Shown here piece by piece: positions 17,901 through 26,308 of a stretch of 31,466 nt of DNA. The notes beneath the pieces are model-generated. The model had not been told where the DNA came from, searched no databases, and worked only from the letters and a program-made list of their open reading frames with translations. The translations under genes and the position numbers were made by a program. The stretch comes from a virus (taxonomy: Duplodnaviria > Caudoviricetes): the IMG/VR virus record IMGVR_UViG_3300030059_000554, positions 1-31,466 of that record; one strand, written 5' to 3'. Positions within the stretch are counted from its first letter, which is position 1. The number at the start of each line of letters is the position of its first letter.

Positions 17901-19106
17901 TTCGCAGCACCTTGGGAGAAAGGCGCTATATTAGTTCCAACTGGAAGATCCGAAGACGGCAAGATTTCATACATAAATTATAGCACATCAAATCCTTATG
18001 ACGTAGTATCTAGGTTTGCTACTAGAGCTTTAAATGAAGCTGATGAAGCAATTAAACAAGGCAAAGACCCAGGAGAAACATTTACTGGAGTCATAGGCAA
18101 CACACTTACAGAATTTTTTCAACCATTTTTATCTGAAGCTATGCTTTCAGAAGCTGTAACAGACGTTATTTTTAGGGGTGGTAAAACATCTTCGGGTGCC
18201 GAAGTTTATAACCCTCAAGATTCGGCCGGAACTATAGGGTCAAAAGTTATAATGCATGTTGCAGACACTATGATACCAGGCATTGTACCTTTTAATGTTT
18301 CGGGCGGTAAGCTAGAGCCAAGCCGGTTCTTACGAGGTGTTATGCCTGGAGAAAGTTTGGTAAAATACAAAGATAAGATGGGTCGTGAGCGTACATTTGT
18401 TGGAGAAATGGCTCGTCAGATGACGGGCGTTACACCATTAGAGTTTGATCCTAAAAGAGGTGCAGAGTATGGCGGTTTCCGCATGCAGCGGGCACAGACA
18501 GACGCAAAAAGAAAATTTAATAAAGTTGTTGACGATGAAAATGGAGATGCTTCAACATTGTACAACGCTTTTAAAGAAGCTAATGAGGCTAAGTTGCGCG
18601 TGGACCGGGAGTATTACCAGATGGTCGAGGACCTTAGAACCATGGGGATGAAAGACTCTCAAATTCGCAAGGTGTTTAAAAAAGAAGGTATTGGTGGCAT
18701 CAAAGGAATTATGCGCGGTGAGTTTGAACCGTTTAAGATGTCAGATAAAAACAGGAAAGACATGCAGAAGGCTGGCATCTATGAGTTCTATCCTCGGGAA
18801 CGTATCAATGATCTACGGTTACAAATGCGTCGTATACCTTTAGCTCCAGATGATGGACCGAACCTTGCTCGAACACGAGATGCTTACGCGCCACCAACGG
18901 AAGAACCTATTGGTCCAGCTTCTAATCCGTTCATGTCACTTCCTAATAATCCGTTCATGTCTCTCCCAGATAAACAATCATCTGTTCCTAGACCGAACCT
19001 CGCGCCAATCACTCAGGCACAAGATAATCCGTTCATGTCTCTTCCATCCTTAGCGGGTGGAGATCCTAACACACAGGAGATTGCTAGGCGGTTAGGTCAA
19101 GCCTAA
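14901..19106 (+). CDS. Large internal virion (ejection) protein
   Basis: 1401 aa, helical, last gene of the virion operon, which is the position of large podovirus ejection proteins. KTVLSPITQVRNF and GNFITFPAE motifs. No enzymatic motif recognised. Confidence 0.7.
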   Translation: MADNPFMDLPDAPKQQTSSNPFMDLDDAEGETGRNREQFLEGTAIRELGEGIVSGGLGAVEGVAGLVAMLPDAIAGTDYGDKVTNAAEATRDALGLDPEGFVGKGAEIITQFVVPGGIAAKAAKGAVMAGRAAKGLSKTPLTKAERFTLASKELAASGIADAAVSTDDMTTIGDWVDAGPTQTTDLIGLSNREKALARFGNRLKIGAEAGVIGSVAQVGLGLAGKTIGDAKITKITAKATRDKIDQATRSIDNLIERRMLAKPNSAEELSTNQARLADAITFSRYRGSLPSQVAEKRLLMDGVIQKQVKQADRILKDLDLEIDSVLKKMPEGEGNLDKVGFMNKIESYLTESNPKVQDRVLSEMPKGIRQNALRMRTHIKTLSKDVLDSNYLKEKKYTVDGLNVKDVVDKNINSYLRRRYQIFEDAKYVPTDESIKNADSFFRRNKSSVEKELTEAARKDVSGVFSVDFLAKNGLSKVVDDTGKFKIQVGNKVTADSGRLARENFLERYSIQSSVKSGAGRVASDRLDTGMFLTRKKIAPELQDLLGIVKDPRQAYLSTVADLAQFSAVDDYFGTVAKLANQNSGIGKFFKSSKDLTLDQQQGLLAKGFVKLGGKDGKPSGLGKVDPQGQILQTDSVNKFINNQDSGWGELDGYFVPKGIYNDLTNHVMADDTMKYGRAILNSLLKAKGVSQYAKTVLSPITQVRNFTTAAMFATANGNMPVFGRGGSLKDSWKAVHANITNKGDKAIFDDLNDAYDRGVMATNAELREIQDTLSKGLDLGGKEPTNFVEATVGSTKVGRKVIDSNLGGKIAKGAKLMENVYQGSDDYWKYFSYNAEQSQIKKMLDGATPQEKVAYLTKNGTDAGSQGSVGSKMLRNDKIRRGEIDDNMIEDLIKDRAAQIVRDTVPNYNKGASDLIKFGRKLPVGNFITFPAEMFRTSFNIVKQGLDDMSSPIKAVQARGRNRLLGFGATTMVAPSAVTTAAYAVTGVSKEEMESYQRSFAAPWEKGAILVPTGRSEDGKISYINYSTSNPYDVVSRFATRALNEADEAIKQGKDPGETFTGVIGNTLTEFFQPFLSEAMLSEAVTDVIFRGGKTSSGAEVYNPQDSAGTIGSKVIMHVADTMIPGIVPFNVSGGKLEPSRFLRGVMPGESLVKYKDKMGRERTFVGEMARQMTGVTPLEFDPKRGAEYGGFRMQRAQTDAKRKFNKVVDDENGDASTLYNAFKEANEAKLRVDREYYQMVEDLRTMGMKDSQIRKVFKKEGIGGIKGIMRGEFEPFKMSDKNRKDMQKAGIYEFYPRERINDLRLQMRRIPLAPDDGPNLARTRDAYAPPTEEPIGPASNPFMSLPNNPFMSLPDKQSSVPRPNLAPITQAQDNPFMSLPSLAGGDPNTQEIARRLGQA

Positions 19107-19309
19107 AAAGTACTAACTTCTACCTTAACACCACCGCCACCCAACAATTGAACAAGGTCATTGGCCTTGTCCTCTACCTCTTCTAGTATGTTGTCATCAT
19201 CTAGCATGCTTGCCAACTGAATGGACAGGTTAATTACATCCATCAAGGCATCAATCTGCATAGGATGCATTTGATTTAAACCTAAACTTTTAAACTTTTC
19301 TATCTTCAT
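19103..19309 (-). CDS. Hypothetical protein
   Basis: 68 aa, acidic; ATGA-coupled to the polymerase gene, with GGAG RBS. Confidence 0.65.
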   Translation of the reverse strand: MKIEKFKSLGLNQMHPMQIDALMDVINLSIQLASMLDDDNILEEVEDKANDLVQLLGGGGVKVEVSTF

Positions 19310-21222
19310 TCAATCTCTCCCCAATTATCTTTGAGTTCTTGATCTATCTTTGAAGGGACTTTCAGAGGCACACCTGTTTCCATGATCTCTTTGATCTGGG
19401 CGGCTTGCTCGTCACTTTCTATACTGAAGCATAACTCATCATGCACCGTCAGCATAGGGGTAATCCCCGCATTGTAGCAGTCTAACATTGCCTGCTTTGT
19501 TTGATCAGCAGAAGACCCTTGAATCAGCCTGTTCAAAGCCTTGTATGTAAAGGCTCGGCGCAGTTGTCCCATGCCGCCATATGTTTTTTCTGCCTCCACT
19601 ATATTCAAAGGTTTATTGTACCCAAATGTTGATGGCTCCCACATATCGAAGCGACATAGGCGACCAAGAAGTGTGCGTATCTGCCCGTTCTTACCCGCCT
19701 GTTTACTTGCTATGTCTGCCAATTGCTTAACAAACGGGACCTTCTCTCGGTGTTCGCGGATGATTGTCTTAGCTTCGCCTGATGTAATTGCCATTTCATT
19801 CGCCAGTTTATCTACGCCCATGCCATACATGATACCTAGGTTAACTGTCTTGGCTTGCTTGCGGGTAATGCCTGCGATGTCTGCAACTATCTGGTGTAGG
19901 TCCACGTCTCCAGTGTTAAACTCTTCAACAATGGTTTGGAGTACAGGGTCTTGCATGTGTATAGGCATGGATGCTGCAAAGTGAACCAACATCCTTGGCT
20001 CTTGGCTTGAGTAATCAAATGATCCCCACTTAGTTCCCTCTTCCGGTATAAACAAACCTCGGATTAATTTCTTAATCTCTGGTTGCCTGGCAGGGATTTG
20101 CTGTAAATTAGGGTTGCTAGAAGAAAATCTACCAGTGACTGTTCCCCCCTCGTCTCGACGAGTAGAGTGTAGCTCCGTGTGTATGCGTCCATTGTGTTCA
20201 TGCTTCAAGATGCTGTCAATAAAAGTACTGTCAGCCTTGTCAAACTCACGAAGCTTTACTAAAGACTGGCATGCCTCATGGGGATGGCTGTTTAGAAAAG
20301 CCTTTGTGAACGACGCTGATCCAGACTCGGTCCTTGGATAATCCAACCCTAGCTTTTCAAACATCTTAGTTATTGATGCACCCGCCCATATGTCCACGTC
20401 TACACCTGCACTCTTGCGTATTTCCTGCCGCAACTCTGAGGTTCTTTTATGAATAAGCTTCTTGTTTCGATCAGCCTTTTCCAAGTCTACCCTCACACCC
20501 TTGGATCTCATGTCCAACAAGCACGGTATTAACCCAGTCTCTAGCTCCCACACAGACCATAAGTCCTGCTTCTGTAGCTCTATCCTTAATGCGTCCCAAA
20601 GTTTTAACGTAGCTACCGCATCCTGTTCTGCGTAAGCTCCAACATACTTCGGTGGTAGCTTGTACATCTCAGACTTTGCATTGATCCCCCACTCCTTTGC
20701 CGCGGCTTGTAGGAGCTTCTCATCCTTTCTCAAAGACACGTAGTCCCGAGCCATAGCATCGAGGCCAAAGGACCATCGGTTTTCATCAATCAAAGCACCC
20801 GTAATCATGGTATCTATGATGCGCCCCTGCACTTCTACCCCTTCCGCCCTCATCCAACCCGCATCGTATGTTGCATTGTGCATAATCTTATCTACGTTTG
20901 GTGTAGACATCTGCGCTTTTAGCCATCTCATCGTCATGGCGGGGTCCATGTTGTGACCATTCTGGTGACGAATAGGAAAGTAACCTTTGTAATCTCCTGC
21001 TGCTACAGCAACACCAATGATGTGACCGTTATTTGTAGCCCAACCTGGCCCATGTGTTGTAAGATTTGGGTCCTTAGTCTCAAGGTCAATCGCTATTCGT
21101 TTATAGCCAGTAAGATCAGGGAACTCTGATGGTATATTCCAATCCTTATCAACCAGCTCCATCTCTGAGCGTATCATAAAGTCTTTATCTTTGTTGCCAG
21201 TAAATAGAGCGCCCTGACTCAT
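19306..21222 (-). CDS. polA: Family A DNA polymerase with 3'-5' exonuclease (Leu762 type)
   Basis: ExoI DLET, ExoII HNATYD, ExoIII YAEQD; TGRFSSSNPNLQQIP; motif A DYSSQEPR, motif B KTVNLGIMYG, motif C VHDEL. Confidence 0.97.
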   Translation of the reverse strand: MSQGALFTGNKDKDFMIRSEMELVDKDWNIPSEFPDLTGYKRIAIDLETKDPNLTTHGPGWATNNGHIIGVAVAAGDYKGYFPIRHQNGHNMDPAMTMRWLKAQMSTPNVDKIMHNATYDAGWMRAEGVEVQGRIIDTMITGALIDENRWSFGLDAMARDYVSLRKDEKLLQAAAKEWGINAKSEMYKLPPKYVGAYAEQDAVATLKLWDALRIELQKQDLWSVWELETGLIPCLLDMRSKGVRVDLEKADRNKKLIHKRTSELRQEIRKSAGVDVDIWAGASITKMFEKLGLDYPRTESGSASFTKAFLNSHPHEACQSLVKLREFDKADSTFIDSILKHEHNGRIHTELHSTRRDEGGTVTGRFSSSNPNLQQIPARQPEIKKLIRGLFIPEEGTKWGSFDYSSQEPRMLVHFAASMPIHMQDPVLQTIVEEFNTGDVDLHQIVADIAGITRKQAKTVNLGIMYGMGVDKLANEMAITSGEAKTIIREHREKVPFVKQLADIASKQAGKNGQIRTLLGRLCRFDMWEPSTFGYNKPLNIVEAEKTYGGMGQLRRAFTYKALNRLIQGSSADQTKQAMLDCYNAGITPMLTVHDELCFSIESDEQAAQIKEIMETGVPLKVPSKIDQELKDNWGEIE

Positions 21223-21560
21223 AGTAATCCTCCAGTTTTAAGCTTCGAAAGTAGTGTGTCCATTTTAAATGGATCACTAGCTTGGTTTGAAAACTCCCCA
21301 CCCAACCCAACGTAACCCGCCTTGTCTACCCATGAGTCCTCATGGTCTATTGTATTCAATAGCCGGCTTGTCTTTAACCAGTCCATCATTAGAACTATAT
21401 GTTGTTCGGTCAGTTCACCATGGCTTTTGATTGCCGCTGCAACAATAATGTTCCAACCTTGAGCAATGCGTGTATGGTTATCGAATGCATCACCGTAGTC
21501 ATTGGCCCGTTGACCACTGATTAGTTCTTTAGCTTTGTCTAGTATCTCATCACGTTTCAT
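21219..21560 (-). CDS. DUF6378-like protein (all-alpha, nucleotide-metabolism-associated)
   Basis: R..DYGD..DN..RIA..W, K..R and DSWVDKAGY..LGGE motifs. Confidence 0.75.
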   Translation of the reverse strand: MKRDEILDKAKELISGQRANDYGDAFDNHTRIAQGWNIIVAAAIKSHGELTEQHIVLMMDWLKTSRLLNTIDHEDSWVDKAGYVGLGGEFSNQASDPFKMDTLLSKLKTGGLL

Positions 21561-23080
21561 AATTCGTACCTATACCTTTTGTCTGTGTCTAAAATGTGTA
21601 GTGTTTTCTTTGCTCTCGTCACCCCTACATAGAAGGCTCTATGCTCATCATCGGGGTACTTAGACTCTGTGCATGCCCTAGTTGAGGCTAGGAAGACTAA
21701 ACAATTATCATCCTCTCCACCCTTCATCGCATGAAATGTTGACAGCTTAATCCTTGGCGGCTCGGTGATCGATTCACCTCTACGTTCGATTGCTTGTACA
21801 TACATCTTGTCATCGTCACCTAGGCGCACAACATCCATTGCATCCCGTGTTCTTTCGCACTCCAAACCATAATCTTTGTATAGTATGTCGATACCTAAAC
21901 TCCCTGTAGGATCAGCTGCATCTAATAGATTGCCCGCACCACGTCGAACAACTCGATGGTCGCCCTGCTTGGGTACAACTTGGTACATCTTTTTAATTCG
22001 ATCAACAGAAACCGTGGCCCCCAACTGTAATTCTCTCCATGTTTCGATAGCCTGACCAACCTCTGTCTTAATAGAAGGATGACCCTTCATAGAGTATAGG
22101 TATCCGGCCTCACGCAGAGTGTCAGCAAACTCACGCACAAAACTATTAGTGCGGCTCATGATAGTCCAAGATCCTTCGTGTATAGGTACGCTGTCCAAGG
22201 TCAGGTGATAGTCAACTATACCTTCTTCTTGGGTAGGGTAAAACTCCTTCTCAAACCTTGTGTCGATACGACGAACGATCTGCTGGGATAATTCAAACAC
22301 ACGCTTGGGTAAGCGATACGATTGAGATAGGATCTGCACATTGTCAGTGACATTCATAAACCTTTTCACATCAACTCCCGTCCATCGGTGGATAGCTTGA
22401 TCATCGTCTCCTGCATACACAACGCTGTCAGCGTTCGATGTCATGTGGTCAACCATCTCCCATTGAAGTGGTGTAAGATCTTGTGCTTCATCGATGAACA
22501 ATAACTTCAAGCGTGGTGGATCTATACCCAAGGATAGGGCGATCATGTCAGGGAAGTCTACCTTTTCGTTATCAGATTTGTACTTGGCCACAGTCTCATA
22601 GATCTGCTCCATCTTACCGAAGTACATATTGTAGTCTTCAGTTTCATTGAACTCTTCGGACAAAGAACACATGCGATACCTTGATCTGTCTATCATCTGT
22701 AGGTACTTCGTTCCATCACCACCTATAGCTGGGATCAAAACACCATCGTCTGGGGAAACAGCATCCGCTCCCTTAAAGGAAAGTCCCAGAGATTGTCCTA
22801 ATGTTCTCCAGTCTTCCATGGACAGCATGTCTGTGCGAGAAAGACCAAGCGATCTAAAGGCCGCTGAGTGCAGTGTGCGAAACCATGGTAGTTGCTTAGG
22901 CTCGAGATTGAACCTAGCACAGGCACGGCTCTGTGCTTCTTGCACAGCCTTCTTAGTGAAGGACATGAACCCTATCTCTTCTGGTCGTGTACCTTGTGCA
23001 AGTGCATCCTCAACCCTTTGCATTAGGGTGTGAGTTTTACCACAACCAGGTGGGCCCAAGAGTAATAGATCATTCTTCAA
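21557..23080 (-). CDS. Superfamily 1 (UvrD/Rep-like) DNA helicase
   Basis: GPPGCGKT, SFTKKA, TLHS, IDEAQD, GDDDQAIH, QSYR, STFHAMKGGE and YVGVTRAK motifs. Confidence 0.93.
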   Translation of the reverse strand: MKNDLLLLGPPGCGKTHTLMQRVEDALAQGTRPEEIGFMSFTKKAVQEAQSRACARFNLEPKQLPWFRTLHSAAFRSLGLSRTDMLSMEDWRTLGQSLGLSFKGADAVSPDDGVLIPAIGGDGTKYLQMIDRSRYRMCSLSEEFNETEDYNMYFGKMEQIYETVAKYKSDNEKVDFPDMIALSLGIDPPRLKLLFIDEAQDLTPLQWEMVDHMTSNADSVVYAGDDDQAIHRWTGVDVKRFMNVTDNVQILSQSYRLPKRVFELSQQIVRRIDTRFEKEFYPTQEEGIVDYHLTLDSVPIHEGSWTIMSRTNSFVREFADTLREAGYLYSMKGHPSIKTEVGQAIETWRELQLGATVSVDRIKKMYQVVPKQGDHRVVRRGAGNLLDAADPTGSLGIDILYKDYGLECERTRDAMDVVRLGDDDKMYVQAIERRGESITEPPRIKLSTFHAMKGGEDDNCLVFLASTRACTESKYPDDEHRAFYVGVTRAKKTLHILDTDKRYRYEL

Positions 23081-23294
23081 GGTGCTTGCCCCGTGGTCGT
23101 TCGTTTAACCAGTCTCTAACCTCTTGCTCAACCCAACGGCTGGCCGTGTTCTTAGCGCCATCTGTCTCACCTAGTATAATAGGCTTGGGAAAGTCACTGT
23201 TGCTAACCCACTTGTATATGGTGGACCGCGATACACTTAACCAATCGCTGAGTTCAGAAATCTTCATAAGCTTTTCATCAGAAGGGAATGTCAT
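23070..23294 (-). CDS. AlpA/excisionase-like HTH DNA-binding protein
   Basis: LMKISELSDWLSVSRSTIYKWV...FPKPIILG...RWVEQEVRDWL. Confidence 0.88.
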   Translation of the reverse strand: MTFPSDEKLMKISELSDWLSVSRSTIYKWVSNSDFPKPIILGETDGAKNTASRWVEQEVRDWLNERPRGKHLEE

Positions 23295-24807
23295 TGTCTA
23301 TCTCCACATTTTGTAATGCTGTTTCATTTTCAAAGGCAGGAACCCACCACACTCGAATGGTAGAAGTTTTACCGTTGTCTTTTCTTATTGCTTGATGTCC
23401 ATAGCAGTCTGATCCGTCGTTCATTTTCTTTATTTGTTCTTGAATCTCTGCCCTGTTGTAGTCGTTGAAGCTTCTGTTCTTTAGAAACTGTGCCAGTCCA
23501 CTCATTGTAAACTTTGTAAGACCGTCCTCGGTCCAAGGTTTACCCATAGATAATTCTTCTGGGGCCATGGCTCTGATCCGGCTAGTACAATAGTTGGTAA
23601 GCAGTTCTTTAAACTGTCCGCTGATAGTTAGCTCTTCGGGAACTTCCATCTTCACAGACTTCTCCATTAAACCATTAACCATCTGTTGCCAGTCGTTGGC
23701 CTTCATAGCTGGTGGCATCATGCTTAGTTGTTCCATGCATGAGCGTTGCCATAAAGTTTGATTCTGTAGCTGTTCAACACTAAGCTGAAGTCTCTGACCG
23801 TTTACATCCATGAAATACATACGAGGCTCGGACATCATAATAGTCAAGCCACCTACATCCGGTGCATCAGGTGCGCTACTACCTATACCAAACGGTCTAG
23901 ACTTACATATCTTCTTGTCACAGTGATCCTTCAAAGGACATATATCACACTGTAGGAAGTAATCCTTCTTCATCAAAGACTTCTGTAGATCTACAATCTC
24001 TCCGGCCTCTAAGGCGGGACTGCATAGCATACGATTGTAATCTTCATGGTGTTTCTTCCAGTCATCAGGCCACTTAAACCTGCAATACACACCTACATTA
24101 AACATAAAGATGTTGCGAAACTCGGTCACTGCACCTTGGCTAGAGATAACTTCCAAGCAGTAAGGACCATCAGTAAAGTGTGATCTCTCTCCACCAAACG
24201 ACAGAGCATCCAAGTCCGAAGCTGATACCCTAGCTTTGTTTACGGCCTTGTGAAACTGGTCCATTGTCATGGAGTTTCCCTTAACATCCAATCCATAACG
24301 TGTTGTGATGTCACCACCAAAGTAAGGCATGTTAATAAAGTTACCAACGTCTCCTCGGTCAGCCAAGATCTTGTCTTGTTTGGGAAAGATCTCGCATCCG
24401 CTGTAGCCCAGGGCGACAGACATCTCGGTTAAATACTCTCGAACCAAGGCTGCAGGTTCCCAATCCTTTGTGAACAAATAAAGGTGAGCGCCCCCAGACT
24501 TAGACCTGCACATGATCAACGGTAATTTCATCTCATGAACCTTGTGGTTCAGAGCTTTTAAATCTAAATCGTAAGTATCAATATCAAGAGCGCCAAACTT
24601 GCACATGTTGTCTTGAGTAATCGGGATTGAACCCACGCCCATCCTGCCGTCTATGTGTGCCTGTATCTTTTCTTCTGTAAGAACGCCTCGAACAACTCGG
24701 CTATCAGACTCGGCCTTACCGTTCCGACCAACACGACCAACAACAGTTGTACCATGCGCCGCACTTGATCCCTCAAACGCCTCAATTAATTTTTTTGCAT
24801 CAGACAT
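23278..24807 (-). CDS. Archaeo-eukaryotic primase (AEP)-superfamily primase with Cys-rich accessory domain
   Basis: Motif I GALDID, motif II RSKSGGAHLY, EIFPKQ, GNFINMPY, PYC and CDICPLKDHCDKKIC. No Walker A visible. GAGGAG RBS. Confidence 0.8.
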   Translation of the reverse strand: MSDAKKLIEAFEGSSAAHGTTVVGRVGRNGKAESDSRVVRGVLTEEKIQAHIDGRMGVGSIPITQDNMCKFGALDIDTYDLDLKALNHKVHEMKLPLIMCRSKSGGAHLYLFTKDWEPAALVREYLTEMSVALGYSGCEIFPKQDKILADRGDVGNFINMPYFGGDITTRYGLDVKGNSMTMDQFHKAVNKARVSASDLDALSFGGERSHFTDGPYCLEVISSQGAVTEFRNIFMFNVGVYCRFKWPDDWKKHHEDYNRMLCSPALEAGEIVDLQKSLMKKDYFLQCDICPLKDHCDKKICKSRPFGIGSSAPDAPDVGGLTIMMSEPRMYFMDVNGQRLQLSVEQLQNQTLWQRSCMEQLSMMPPAMKANDWQQMVNGLMEKSVKMEVPEELTISGQFKELLTNYCTSRIRAMAPEELSMGKPWTEDGLTKFTMSGLAQFLKNRSFNDYNRAEIQEQIKKMNDGSDCYGHQAIRKDNGKTSTIRVWWVPAFENETALQNVEIDNDIPF

Positions 24808-24822
24808 TAATCACTCCTCGAG

Positions 24823-24862
24823 AAAATAAAAAGGGGTAGTTCTTTTCTACAAGAACTACCCC
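24823..24862 (-). terminator. Rho-independent terminator after the SSB-like gene
   Basis: Perfect 12-bp stem GGGGTAGTTCTT/AAGAACTACCCC (24833-24862) with a 6-nt loop, followed on the - strand by TTTTTATTTT. Confidence 0.9.
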
Positions 24863-24870
24863 ATCGTTAC

Positions 24871-25674
24871 TTAAAACGGTATATCATCAGAGTCGTGTAC
24901 CGAAGATGGTGTTTGTGATTGAGCCGGCGTCTCTTCCGGTGCGGCTTTCATTTCGCCCGCGGCAATTGAGTCACGAAAACTCTTTGCCTCTAGTAACAGT
25001 TCTCGTTTATCTACTAGACCTACCTTCTCAACTTGGTAGTTAGCCCAGTCACCTTGGTCATTGCTGTCCTCGGTAGATGTAAGTTTCCACATGGTAGCAA
25101 AGACTGCCGGCGTAACCATAGAGCCTGTCTTTGGATGCTTAACTTTCTGCATAGCAATCTGTGTCTTCCACCGACGGCTGTGCTTTAGTTGACTTGACTT
25201 CATATCGATCACGGTTGGTTGCCATGAACCATCTTCACCTACTACTAAACAGAAGTGTTGATCAGACTTAACCAGTTCGTTACCATGCGGCAGGATTTCT
25301 TTAGATCCTACACGGTTTGTCTTCTGTAAGATTGGATCTGTTGGACTGATCTCACCTTGGAAACCACCACCGTTCTCGCGAGGTACGAACTCTAAGTACA
25401 CAGTCTTCTGGAAGCAAGGGATGACAGTGATACCTTCGTCACCAGACCACCACTGCTTAGTCACCGTATTGAATAGGTCACCCATAGATGCACCTTCAAT
25501 GTACTCAGGCTTTTTCTTGCTGAGTTGTGGTGACAAAGCTTGAAGTAGACGAACAAAAGGTATTTCCATTTCGCTACTGTCGAATGCCGCGCCTTCGCCT
25601 GCTGTTTCAAAGATGTCATCTAATACGTCTGTAGATAACTCTGCACTTTTCTTAGTTGCTACTGCATTTGTCAT
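24871..25674 (-). CDS. Putative single-stranded DNA-binding protein
   Basis: 267 aa in the replication module; IPFVRLLQALSPQ motif and a flexible acidic tail ending DSDDIPF. Confidence 0.7.
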   Translation of the reverse strand: MTNAVATKKSAELSTDVLDDIFETAGEGAAFDSSEMEIPFVRLLQALSPQLSKKKPEYIEGASMGDLFNTVTKQWWSGDEGITVIPCFQKTVYLEFVPRENGGGFQGEISPTDPILQKTNRVGSKEILPHGNELVKSDQHFCLVVGEDGSWQPTVIDMKSSQLKHSRRWKTQIAMQKVKHPKTGSMVTPAVFATMWKLTSTEDSNDQGDWANYQVEKVGLVDKRELLLEAKSFRDSIAAGEMKAAPEETPAQSQTPSSVHDSDDIPF

Positions 25675-26234
25675 TATGTTTTCCTCTTAATTTCTGCTGC
25701 GTTGGCTATGAATGCCCCGAACATGTCGAGATCTATTTGTTTACCTGCTGTCACGCGCTCTTTGATGAACGCCTTGAGTGTGCTAGGATGAACGTGGGTC
25801 TTGGTTGTAGGATCAAAACCTTTTTCTCGGAGGATACCAACGACATCCCCTGCTAGATTGTCCTGCCCCTTACCAAAGGAACAAGTGATGTCATTCTTTA
25901 TAATGTCATCTAGATTGTTTGCCCGTAACCAATTAAAAGCTTCTTCTTTATTAGCTACTGGGATCGATGCATGCACCATCATCTTACGTTGGACAGTAAG
26001 TCCGTCTACATCTAGACGTTCAACTCCCATCTCGTCCATCAGTGCGGGGATGCGTTCGACAGATAGCTTCTGCTTCTCTGCCTTTAAAGACTTTAGATGC
26101 TCGTTCGCATCCTCAATCTGATTCTCCACGTTGCGGAGTTTTCTTACAAGGTCGGACAAATCCTTCCCCGTTCCTACGTTGACATCAGCCAGGGCTTGGC
26201 CTTCGTCAAAGATGTCGTCAAATATATCTGTCAT
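25674..26234 (-). CDS. Conserved replication-module hypothetical protein (coiled-coil N-terminus)
   Basis: 186 aa; IPALMDEMG, AFNWLR, DIIKN and VHPSTLKAFIKE motifs; GAGGA RBS. Confidence 0.75.
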   Translation of the reverse strand: MTDIFDDIFDEGQALADVNVGTGKDLSDLVRKLRNVENQIEDANEHLKSLKAEKQKLSVERIPALMDEMGVERLDVDGLTVQRKMMVHASIPVANKEEAFNWLRANNLDDIIKNDITCSFGKGQDNLAGDVVGILREKGFDPTTKTHVHPSTLKAFIKERVTAGKQIDLDMFGAFIANAAEIKRKT

Positions 26235-26259
26235 AAGTTAATCCTCTTCAGGGTTGTGG

Positions 26260-26288
26260 TTGACACACAAGTAATGTTGTGTAAAAAC
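26260..26288 (+). promoter_or_regulatory. Putative promoter in the divergent intergenic region
   Basis: Perfect TTGACA (26260-65), 16-bp spacer, TAAAAA (26282-87). Inverted repeat ACACAA/TTGTGT lies in the spacer, and GGAGG RBS follows. Confidence 0.55.
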
Positions 26289-26308
26289 GTTTATATGGGA
26301 GGAAACAG

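Noticed and set aside
14907-19046. NPF motifs as eukaryotic EH-domain ligands implying a eukaryotic host
   Set aside because: SD sites, coupled operons and intrinsic terminators indicate a bacterial phage.
19306-21560. Z-genome (DpoZ/PurZ) or other base-modification system
   Set aside because: No purZ, datZ or modifying enzymes are visible in the window, and PolA plus a DUF6378-like gene is insufficient evidence.
23070-23294. AlpA/Xis as proof of a prophage
   Set aside because: There is no integrase, att site or host flanking gene in the window, so lifestyle remains undetermined.
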